Shown: positions 24,401 to 34,619 of the stretch, in pieces
How the letters are laid out: each line of letters starts with the position of its first letter
Numbering within the stretch: the first letter of the stretch is position 1
Origin: Octopus vulgaris
Lineage: Eukaryota
NCBI GenBank assembly: GCA_951406725.2
Contig: OX597819.1
Span: 94,736,001 to 94,800,000, forward strand
Reading direction: 5' to 3'
DNA: 64,000 bases
Program-made: the position numbers and the translations under genes
Notes under the pieces: model-generated
Seen by the model: only the letters and a program-made list of their open reading frames with translations
Database searches by the model: none
Told to the model about the DNA's origin: nothing

Positions 24401-24904
24401 TGATAGACAGATAGACAGACGGCCGGACAGACAGACAGACGGCCGGACAGACGGACGGACGGACGGACGGATGCCGTATTTACTTGTGTATAAGCAACAC
24501 CCCAGATTTTTCAGTTAAAATCAAGTATAAAATTGTGCGATTTATACACGCGTAGATACAGTGTGTGTGTGTGTGTATGTGGACTACCTTACATCGTTGA
24601 AGAGTTGTTAAGTACCACAAAATGCCAAGCTTCACAGTTTATGTTTTATTAAAAAGGCCCTTATTATATGCAGGGCGCGTCAGCTATATGAGAACAACAT
24701 TTTAATTGAAGGGAAAGTGTTTATAAGAGAGAAAAAGAAAACAGAATATGTTTATAGAATTTGGCTCACGTTTTTTCATGCACGTAGCAAAAGGCCGTTC
24801 AATAAAACTGCCATTAGCCTCGATTTCCGTCTCAATACTGCGTCTGAAACAACTAAATGCGTTTTTATTCGTGTTGGTCATAATTGGCACGCCATCAGTT
24901 ACGA

Positions 24905-25207
24905 GGACGAGTCTTCCTGTTGGTTTGATTAACAGAACAGCTTGCTAGTGAAGTTAACGTGAAAGTAGTGGTTGAGCACTCCATGGACACGTGTACCCTT
25001 AACGTAGTTCTCAGGGAGATTGAGCGGGACACATAATGTTATAAGGTGGACCCTTTGAAATACAGGCACTAATCATTTTTGCCAGTGGAATGAACTGGAG
25101 CAATGGAAATAAAGTGTCTCGCTCAAGGACACTATGCACTGCAGGGAATCGAACTCACAACCTTGAGATCTTGAGCGAAATACCAACCCACTTAGCCATG
25201 CACCTTC
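24905..25207 (-). mobile_element. tRNA-derived SINE (family D)
   Basis: The minus strand has an A-box (TGGCTAAGTGG) and a B-box (GAGTTCGATTCCC), then GTGTCCTTGAGCGAGACAC. Confidence 0.65.
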
Positions 25208-25209
25208 AC

Positions 25210-26060
25210 TGTTGCCCATAGCATCCCCAATAGCAGACTTCAACGAGTCCTTGGTACTGGGAGCATACTTGTTGTTCTCCCGATGTAGCGGTCCAGACGG
25301 TTGAAATCAAGAGATCTCGGTGGCCAAATATTAGGAGTCAGATGAATTGAAAATCGTCAGCCAACCCCTCCTGGGTCACGCAAGGTGAGCTAGAACGCCT
25401 CAGAGTCTCGCTGGAACACCAAGGCCTCCTTCGAGTACTTCTTTCCGATCATTTTGTATGTAGGCTACCACATTGACTCAAAGCATTTGCAGCAAAAAGT
25501 ATGAAAGCATGACAAAGTCCACATTGCTCACGACCTCAAGACGATGGGAACTTGGTATGCATAAAAATGGGTGTTCAGTGGAGTTGGAACAGAGACATCT
25601 AACATACCTCTCGTTCACTTTTTATCTTGGACAAAGTTCTTCCCATCTGAAAAGAACCAGAGCTTGTCGGGTTTCTCGATGTGCTTGAGTTTATTTAGCA
25701 AGTACTCCCACCGGATCACAGGGGTCTTACCGGATACAAACTTCCCTCTTTCATAACAAAGGATATGTATATCTTCATGCACCACACATCTAGTCGTTGA
25801 CACATGAATATGATTGACAATGACCCTTATTAACTTGCCGGGACTTTTGTTGATGATACCCTAGACTTACTGGAGAAACTCAACTTTTCAGACCATGTCT
25901 GACTCAAGAATGTTTCTTTTGGACACAGAAGATACATTCCCACCAGTGGCCAGAAACTCTTTTCTGGTCTTAAACACGAAGGACCTGATGACATATACAA
26001 AGGATGAAATCGCAGAAACGATGTGGTTGACAGCTAAGGAGATCAGAAGAGCATGCCTTT
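25210..26060 (-). mobile_element. Degenerate Tc1/maT (DD37D-like) transposase remnant
   Basis: LLNKLKH...LWFFSDGKNFVQDKK and WPPRSLDFNRLD (a degenerate WPPxSPDLNPLD). Confidence 0.6.
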
Positions 26061-26569
26061 TACATACATACCCTCTTCACCGTTCCCTCTCTCTCACTCT
26101 TCCTTGACACTCTCGTCGCTGACACGTGACGAAAGGGAATCTATCTTTCTGTCCATTTCCTTCCTGAAGAAAACACGTGTTTATACTGTCTCCTCTCGCA
26201 AGCTCGTCTTCCTAGGGTCCATAATAATTTTTCTATCGTCTTGGCTTAACAGCCCTCACAGTTTGTTTTTACTGTCTTATTCTCACTGTCATGTTCTCGT
26301 TACCACTTTCACCCTACGCAAAAAATCCCAAATTTTATTTGATTTGCTTTGCGGGAAGGACTGTTTCAACGAAGTCGCCTATTGCCCTTGCCTTCGAACG
26401 CGGAATAGATGAAACAGGGACAACTGATGAAGGGGGATATTCTTTATGTTGCATGTCACGGTTCTCTTTTTGTTTTGTTTTTTTCGTTGTTCGAAAAAGT
26501 TCGTTTTCTATGTTTTTCTTTTTATATTTTCGTTTCTCATTGTGTTCAACGTTTTTTTATGTCCTGTAT

Positions 26570-26640
26570 CCATATATGCATGTATATATACATATATATG
26601 TAGGTATGTACATATATGTATGTATATATGTGTGTACATA

Positions 26641-26705
<65 letters not shown>

Positions 26706-26758
26706 TTTAAGCAGCAGAAAATTCAACAAAATCTGTTACTCTGAGTTTCTCGTTGCCG

Positions 26759-26803
<45 letters not shown>

Positions 26804-27330
26804 TGTTGTGTCTGGGGAGAGTCATTTTCTTTTTGTGCCTTATAATAATAACACACTCACCGGTAAAATTTCCACTTTTTTTTCTTATTTTTATTTTCTT
26901 AAAATTTTCGTTGCGTCTTGCAACCTTTTCAATAGTTTTGACTCTGTCCGTTATTTACACTGCGTTCCCTTTTGTTTGTTTGTGCGCATGTGTGTGGGTC
27001 AGTGTGTGTGCCTATACATGCATGCATGTACGTATGTATGTATGTGTGTTTGCATGTGTATGTATGTATATATGTGTGTGCATGCATATGTATATATGTA
27101 TGTATGTGTGTGCATCTGTATGTACGTACCCTGCATATTTATGTGCATGCATGTCCGTGTTTGTGTATTTTCTATGTATGTGTGTGTGAGCATGTGTTTG
27201 TATATGTATGCACCGCTGTCTCCTTGTGTGTGCATGTCTGTGTGTGTGTGTGTGTTATGCAACTATGTACCATGTTTGTATGTATGGATGTGCATCTTTA
27301 TATGTGTGGATCCGTGTCTTGTAACCTATG
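26570..27330. repeat. (TA)n / (TATG)n / (TG)n microsatellite complex with embedded Penelope-type fragments
   Basis: Pure TA runs at 26645-26700 and 26762-26802, and a degenerate TG/TA tract at 26985-27310. Confidence 0.85.
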
Positions 27331-27530
27331 TTCTTGTGTCTGTCCTTGTAACCTACGTACCTATCCGTCTCTATGTTGATCTGTTTATTTATTTATTTTC
27401 TATCTATGTGCTTACACACACACACTCACACCCCCCCACACACACATACATACATTTATCTACCTAACAGTCCACTAACTATTCTACTCTACCTGTGTAA
27501 ACTGTGGGTATGGACAATGGTATTTACTAT

Positions 27531-27949
27531 ATAAGGCGGCGAGCTGGCAGAAACGTTAGCACGCCGGGCGAAACGCTTAGCAGTATTTCGTCTGCCGCTA
27601 CGTTCTGAGTTCAAATTCCGCCGAGGTCGACTTTGCCTTTCATCCTTTCGGGATCGATTAAATAAGTACCAGTTACGCACTGGGGTCGATGTAATCGACT
27701 TAATCCGTTTGTCTGTCCTTGTTTGTCCTCTCTATGTTTAGCCCCTTGTGGGTAGTAAAGAAATAGGTATTTCGTCTGCCGTTACGTTCTGAGTTCAAAT
27801 TCCGCCGAGGTCGACTTTGCCTTTCATCCTTTCGGGATCGATTAAATAAGTACCAGTTACGCACTGGGGTCGATGTAATCGACTTAATCCGTTTGTCTGT
27901 CCTTGTTTGTCCTCTCCATGTTTAACCACTTGTGGGTAGTAAAGAAATA
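27531..27949 (+). mobile_element. tRNA-type SINE (family B) with a 184-bp internal tandem duplication and 12-bp TSD
   Basis: GAGCTGGCAGAA and B-box GAGTTCAAATTCC; duplicated units start at 27583 and 27767; TSD GGTATTTACTAT at 27519-27530 and 27950-27961. Related partial copies near 1118, 40850, 41620, 41930 and 62150. Confidence 0.88.
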
Positions 27950-28168
27950 GGTATTTACTATGTATATTTCCTATGACGTAACAAAAATGTTGGTTAATTA
28001 GCATATAATGGGTTTACGTCATCAATATTTGTGCGTAAATGTACGGTCAATATAGACTTTGTAAAGAAAAGCAAAACCTAGATATTACCAGAGACTATTT
28101 ATAGATAAGTTGTATTAAAACGAAGTACACTAAAGTAATTTACTATTAAGATAATGTTTTATCTCAAA

Positions 28169-28559
28169 CTAGCAGTATCGCCCGGCGTTGCTCGGGTTTG
28201 TAAGGGAAATAACTATATAAGCATTTATAGCCAAAAAAAATAGCAAAAAAATGCATCAAAAATGGAAAAAAAATTATGGTAAATTTTTTTTTAAATCGTT
28301 GACTCATCGTAGACATTTTTAGAGAGTTACTTCCCCTATATAATAGCGAAAAACATGCATTAAAATGGAATAAAATGATGGTAAATTATTTTTTAAATCG
28401 TAGACTCATCGTAGACGCGCGCTAATACCCAGAAGGGCTCGATATGAATCACGACTATAAGATACCCGGTTTTGGTTAAACTGCACCGCAAAATGTGGGA
28501 GTAGTTAGGAATCTAAATCGTAGGAGACAGACACACAACTTCACTTTTATATATAAAGA
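28169..28559 (-). mobile_element. Non-autonomous Helitron (~390 bp)
   Basis: The minus strand reads A|TCTTTATATATAAAAG ... hairpin CCCGAGCAACGCCGGG ... CTAG|T. Confidence 0.85.
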
Positions 28560-28769
28560 TTTAGTTTTATGAATTATTATAAAAATTTCAACGATATAGT
28601 TATGAGAGACGTGCTTAATTGAATTTATTGTAAAATACCAATACACTGCCACGCATAGAAGACATAATGTACATCTACACTGTTTAATTAAAATATTATA
28701 CTGTATTATATCATATTATGTTAAATCATATTATATTATAAATATATGTTTTTTCCGCAATATTACAAA

Positions 28770-29400
28770 TACTAACCGTTTTTTAACGCTTATCATCAAA
28801 GAGGATTATATATTTAATGGTAGCTTTTAAGAGTCTATTTACATGCATGAACACATAAAAAAACCAGTCTGTTTTAGCATTTAAGAGACGTCTCCTAGAA
28901 CGTAAGATCAAAAATAATTCTTCTAGACAGAGAAAGCAATAGAAGTTTCCAGGCTTATAAGCAGTTGCCTTGCTTATAATCTCCCACTCCTCAGAAAAAC
29001 TTCTTTTCTTTTTTTTCTTTTTGTCTTTCAAGTCCCGAATAAATTTACTGTGGCTGGTAGAAGATCTGTTCCTATTATTAAAGGTGTAAATATGGTTACA
29101 GACGTGCTTCTTAACAAAATTTTGCGTATCCCCTATGTAGAAGAAACTTTTACCTTCAAGTATCACCTTACATCTATAAACAACATTCTTTTGTTTACAA
29201 TGATTTTAAAATAAAAATTCACTTCTAACCCTGCAATTACAAAAAGTATTTTCATTAGTACTCGTATTATTACTCTGTTTCATATCATTACATCCAGTAA
29301 AATTGCTACTTGCTATTTTATCTGCATTCAAGAGTTTGTGATGGGATTTCACACAGGTTGATTTCCCTTGTACACTTGACATCCCAAATTTACTTTCATT
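28770..29400 (-). mobile_element. Penelope-like retroelement 3' fragment (GIY-YIG endonuclease)
   Basis: CNCRVRSE...C.QKNVVYRCKV...FYIGDTQ...NH..TF...W.II...Y......C.LCLEE matches the PLE Cys-rich linker and GIY-YIG. A degenerate hammerhead core overlaps the ORF end (28775-28804, - strand). Confidence 0.8.
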
Positions 29401-29438
29401 ACTAGCGTTTATTCCATTAGTATTACTGTTAAAATTTT

Positions 29439-29551
29439 TCCCTGATGAAATATCTAATTAACCAGTTTCGATATGAAAATTTAAATCAAATTAAATTAAT
29501 TTAATTTAATTTCTGTAATTGCACTAAATGGGTATCGAAACGGCTGTAGGA
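29439..29551 (+). ncRNA. Type I hammerhead motif with a long AT-rich loop II
   Basis: UCC-CUGAUGA-aAUAUCUA...(~70 nt)...UGGGUAUc-GAA-ACGGCUGU-A-GGA. Confidence 0.5.
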
Positions 29552-29662
29552 CTGGAATTTCATTATATGGATTTGAATATCTTTAAATAAACTGATGTCT
29601 GCATGTCAATTTCTTCATTTTCTTCTTTTCCTCATTCATATATATACATATATGAAGCCCGT

Positions 29663-29729
<67 letters not shown>

Positions 29730-29739
29730 GATGGGCTTA

Positions 29740-30132
29740 AGAGTGGATGTGTGGTAAGTAGCTTGCTTACGAAGCACATAGTTCCAGGTTCAGTCCCACT
29801 GCGTGACACATTGGGCAAGTGTCTTTTACTATAGCCTCGGGCCGACCAAAGCCTTGTAAGTGGATTTGGCAGATGGAAACTGAAAGAAGCCCGTCGTATA
29901 TATCTGCGTGTGTGTGTGTGTTTATGTCTGTGTTTGTCCCCCCAACATCGCTTGACAACCAATGCTGATGTGTTTACTTCCCCGTAACAACTCTTGCGGT
30001 TCGGCAAAAGAGACCGATAGAATAAGTACTAGGCCTACAAAGAATAAGTCCTGGGGTCGATTTGTTTGACCAAAGGCGGTGCTTCAGCATGGCTGCAGTC
30101 AAATGCCCGAAACAAATAAAAGAATAAAAGAA
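29740..30132 (+). mobile_element. SINE family A copy
   Basis: Colinear with 10123-10522. Confidence 0.85.
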
Positions 30133-30360
30133 TATATGTGTACATATATATCATACATTTCAAAGCTTCTCTGCCGTTATTGGCTACCATATGCCAGGAT
30201 TACTCCTCTTACCACTTATGGATGTGGAAATCTGTTAGTGTACGCAGAATTCATATACAAATCTATAAGACAAGAAAATGGAATGAACAGACTTTAATAA
30301 CAAATCACAACAATTGTTTCTGAGGATCAGTAACAGCTATTAGTTGCTGAGTTTCCCATA

Positions 30361-30762
30361 TCTATCTATTTATATAAAAGTGAAGTTGTGTGAGTGTCTG
30401 TCTCCTACGATTTAGATTCCTAACTACTCCCACATTTTACGGTGCAGTTTAACCAAATTCGGGTATCTTATAGTCATGATTCATATCGAGCCCGTCTGGG
30501 TATTAGCGCGCGTCTACGATGAGTCTACAATTTAAAAAAAATTTACCATAATTTTTTTCCATTTTAACGCATATTTTTTAAATAAAGGGAAGTAACTCTT
30601 TAAAAATGTCTACGATGAGTCAACAATTTAAAAAAAAAATTTACCATCATTTTTTTTCCATTTTTAATGCATTTTTTTGCTATCTTTTGGCTATAACTCT
30701 CTAAAAATGCTTATATAGTTATTTCCCTTACAAACCCGAGCAACGCCGGGCGATACTGCTAG
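30361..30762 (+). mobile_element. Non-autonomous Helitron copy, inverted relative to 28169-28559
   Basis: TC...TATATAAAAGTGAAG...CCCGAGCAACGCCGGG...CTAG|T. A truncated third copy lies at 30984-31080. Confidence 0.85.
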
Positions 30763-31554
30763 TTATACATATAATTATATGAATATCATATGAATATGAT
30801 CCAACAGTAGTTGTGCACATGCACGTTATCAGGTTATTTCAGAATATGCCTTTATTCTAAAGTAGAATATGTGTATGAAGCAATGGGAAACTAGACGTGA
30901 TCCAGCAGTGGTCACAAGGCTACTCACCTGATTGAGTGCCAGTACACAGCTGTTGGCGCTGGATCGTATTTATTTATATAGCACTAGCAGTATCGCCCAG
31001 CGTTGCTCGGGTTTGTAAGGGAAATAACTATATAAGCATTTTTAGAGAGTTATAGCCAAAAAATAGCAAAAAAATGCATTAGCACAGAATAATTGCTCGG
31101 CTAGAGGTGGCGCTGCCAAATTCGCGATACCCAGATATTGTTTTGAGCTGAGTGGGGGGTGCTAGTCAATAATTCTTAAATTTCGGAGATCATAAGATAG
31201 AGAACAAGAAGTTAAAAGTTCCAATACTGGCCCAATACCTACACCCCAGATTCTTCAACTATTTTATAAGAAAGGGGTTAATGGCAGGATAGGGATTCAG
31301 CTTTAAAATAAATTGTATAACAAAAAATACATAAATAAATTACTGCTCCAATGATGTAATTTTAGTATGTGTGTATGTATGTATGTGTGTGTGTGTGTGT
31401 GTAAGCAATGCAAACAATGGAAAATAATTTAAACACTCATTTTCTGATGTCTAAGGATGGATATTTATGCATATGAATCTTTTTCTTTTTATTTTCTTTC
31501 AAATATAATTCTAGGGAACTGAAAAAGCTGTGTACGATGCCAAGCGAATTTAGC

Positions 31555-31655
31555 TATTTACGATGAGCGGATGTTTACGTTACAAACGAATCTGTAGGTC
31601 TATTTACATGTTTACGTTAACTACATCACAAAATAGCTGTTTACGTCACAGTAAC
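31555..31655 (+). promoter_or_regulatory. Cluster of forkhead-type TRTTTAC motifs; candidate RNF32 promoter region
   Basis: TATTTAC at 31555 and 31601; TGTTTAC at 31572, 31609 and 31638; also TTACGTCA and CAGTAAC. Confidence 0.3.
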
Positions 31656-31779
31656 AATATTTTGAGAGGCAGTAAATAATATGAGGTTGAAAGAAAGAAT
31701 ACCATTGGTTAAAATTCGAATTATTAAACAACGTTAAACTTAGAAATTACAATTCCGTTTTCATTTTGGTTTACAATTA

Positions 31780-31867
31780 TGTTTTCTTTTGACACATTCT
31801 ACCAGTATACGAAGTTTCAAATTGTTTAGTTAACTAGGAAAATCTGGCCTTCAAACTGAAAAGATCC
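31780..31867 (+). mobile_element. GGATC-family right TIR fragment
   Basis: GACACATTCTACCAGTATACGAAGTTT...AAAAGATCC. Confidence 0.7.
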
Positions 31868-32759
31868 ACAAATAATAATAATTAATAAAATAAAACTTCA
31901 GGTTGATCAATCAATTGTTCCCAAATAAATAAAATAATGCTTCAAGTTGAACTGTTCCCTACTCCACAAAATTTTTTAAAAATCATTTTAAATAGCCAGA
32001 GAGCCCGAGAAGGATAAAATATAAAACTATCGTTTAAAGCTCTACAAATAACTCACTAAGAAATAAATATCTACACGCTTCAGACCAGATCTTGTGCAAC
32101 ACTCATAAGAACTTTTGTTGCTAATAAATAAGAAACAAAATATACCTGAATTCATAACCGATCTGTAAAATGATGCAATAAAAAAGCTATATAGCATTTA
32201 AATCTTTAAGATCTACAACTTCGGCAAATACAAATCAGTCAGGTGATTCCGGTGGGAATAAAACATTTGATTTTGCCATATCTCAATATGCAGTTAATAT
32301 AGTTTAGTATTGATTATGCTGTACCGCCAGCAATAAAATCAATAATGAATATGTAGTATCTATACCACAAAAAAAAAAAAAATAAAAAAAAAAAAAAACT
32401 CATATACTTTTAATTCAAATGGTATTACAAAGAATTTTTTTCAATCTTTCAGTACGGAAGAAAGGCAGTATTCACGACTCTTTGCAGGTGCCTCCAAAAC
32501 TAGTGGTTGGGTAGGAAGAAGGTATGCATAAGCTGGAAAATAAGTTCTAAGTGCTTGCAACATAAGGAATTCTGGTAAAGGCACCCAAAATGCCTGACAA
32601 GTAGTACTAAACTAAATGGTAGTTTAAGTTTTCCCATATGTGTATAATCGTAGCAGATATTCATTCAGTTATCCTTTGGCAAATATGATACCAAAAAACA
32701 TTTTCAACATATTGCTGTACTCCAAAAGATCTATCCACCACAACAAAATTGATATCCTA

Positions 32760-33012
32760 ATACTAAGGTGCATTGGTGTGGGTGCAAGTGCTATGTGAAA
32801 AGCACTGGTGCTGATGCCACATAAAAAGTACTGGTGATGGTGCCACATAAAAAGCATCCAGTGCACTCTGTAAAGTAGTTGGCATTAGGAAGGACATCCA
32901 GCTGTAGAAACCAAGCCAAAACAGATTGTGGAGCCTGGTGCAGTCCCTGATTTTTCCAGTTCCTGTCAAGCTATTCAACCCATGATAAACAGACGTTAAA
33001 TGATGATGATGA
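32760..33012 (+). mobile_element. SINE family C copy (older)
   Basis: Degenerate AAAAGCA units, AGGAAGGACATCCAGC and a (GAT)n tail. Confidence 0.7.
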
Positions 33013-33785
33013 ACACCACCAAAGCACCAACAAATAAGTTCAAAACAATGTATCCTACAATGTATAATCTAAGACAATATCTAATCTAAATAAAGTAATA
33101 GAGTAACGAACATTAGAGTGAGTTGTTGCATACACAAATGGTCATGTCATATATCTAGCAGTCCTTCACTCATTGTGCTATTCTGGATTAATATACTGAG
33201 TACCCAACTTTCCAAGGACACACACTGCATGTCTTTTTCTTTCTTTTTTTTTCTGTTCTTTTATCATCCTAAATATTTCTCATTTTTGGAAGCTTGTACA
33301 AGCCACTTTGTCTCATTTTTATTTCCTATCAAAACGACAATCTTCAAGGAATTTCTTCTATAAACATTAACCTAAGCTCTGTTATTAATCAATGTTCGAT
33401 GAATAAGAATGACAATGAAGATGACAAATATTTACATGGCTGTTGTGTCTAAAATGTTTTTGAGAAGTAGAATGAAAAAGGATACAAATAACAACAGCAA
33501 AAAAAAAAAATTGATGTAAATCAAATCCATTTGAAGCAAGAATTTTTCCAATGATAGTATGCAATCTCTATAAAATTCTTCAGGTTTAACAATTACAAAT
33601 TCAGTAAAAGCACTAATTATGGCTTCTCAAGTTTTGACTGTTTTATTATAGATTGATAGCTCAATATGTTTAGCAAAATATCAAGTAAAAGTGAAGTAAG
33701 CTGCAAGACTCCATATTTCAATTTTCTAACCTTAGACACTGCCAGTTGAGAAGCATATTATAATTTGTATATGGCTATTTTAAAT

Positions 33786-34124
33786 CAGTTGCAGCGTGGA
33801 AGGTATTTATAAGCCATTTAAGAAACACACAAAAAGCGTTAGATTCACTTCAACATTTAAATTTAATTTGTCAAAATATTTTCGTCGTTTCAAGACCGCA
33901 ACCTGTTCACTGACAAAATTCCATGCAGCACGGAATTTTGTCAGTGAACAAGTTGTGGTCTCAAAACGACGAAAATATTTTGACAAATTAAATTTAAATG
34001 TTGAAGTGAATTTAACGGTTTTGGGGTGTTTCTTAAATGGCTTATAAACACCTTCCGTGCTGCAATTGTTTTTGTTCCTGCACACGATCTCAGAACAGGT
34101 CACTTGCTATGCAAGTACATCTCC
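33786..34124. mobile_element. Fold-back retro-insertion: ~283-bp palindrome plus tail, 12-bp TSD, G3-C8 hammerhead motif in each arm
   Basis: Near-perfect palindrome at 33786-34068 centred near 33927. TSD GCTATTTTAAAT at 33774-33785 and 34125-34136. Confidence 0.8.
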
Positions 34125-34458
34125 GCTATTTTAAATGTTTTTCAGTAATCACTTGACAATATGACTGGGCTAGTGTTTTCCCAAGCTCTAAGGTAGAGAC
34201 AAACAAATATTATATTAGATATACAAGTGAAACATAGTGGAAAAAGTGCAGAAAATTCAAATGAATTAATAATAACCAAAGAGTGTGTACAATGAAAATA
34301 AATATGCCAAATGAAAAGAAATGGAAGAGGATCTAATGTTAAAAGTTATACCCTGAAGAACAGTAAAAATTAAGAAGAGGAGAAGAAAAATATAGGAATG
34401 CTATCAATTTTACATGTACACATCTATATATCTACATATGTTTCTGGGTTTTTTTTAG

Positions 34459-34612
34459 ATGCCCCAAAACTATAATGCAGCTTTAATTGCTGCAGCTATT
34501 CAAGACCATTTAAGTTTGAAGGCATCTGGGAATAAAGCAGTTACGAGAATTCCTCCACTCTACTCTCTGACAAGAAAGAAGAATATCAAAGCAGTGGTTG
34601 ACACTGGACTTA
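34459..34612 (+). CDS. RNF32: RING finger protein 32, coding exon 1
   Basis: ttttttag|ATG, MPQNYNAALIAAAIQDHL...KAVVDTGL, GTAAGT donor (phase 1). Matches human AVALQDH...KAIIDTGL. Confidence 0.85.
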
Positions 34613-34619
34613 GTAAGTC

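Noticed and set aside
26405-26440. GAAAC...CTGATGA as a possible type II hammerhead
   Set aside because: No NUH site and no supporting stems between the two core halves.
26291-27467. Long ORFs rich in YI, CV and HT (also at 10433, 11568 and 29583)
   Set aside because: They are translations of (TA)n and (TG)n microsatellites.
31093-31113. CTCF-like AGGTGGCGCTG
   Set aside because: The 5' half of the motif does not match; a single weak hit.
33796-34103. Two near-identical ORFs on opposite strands
   Set aside because: An artefact of the palindrome; no recognisable protein.
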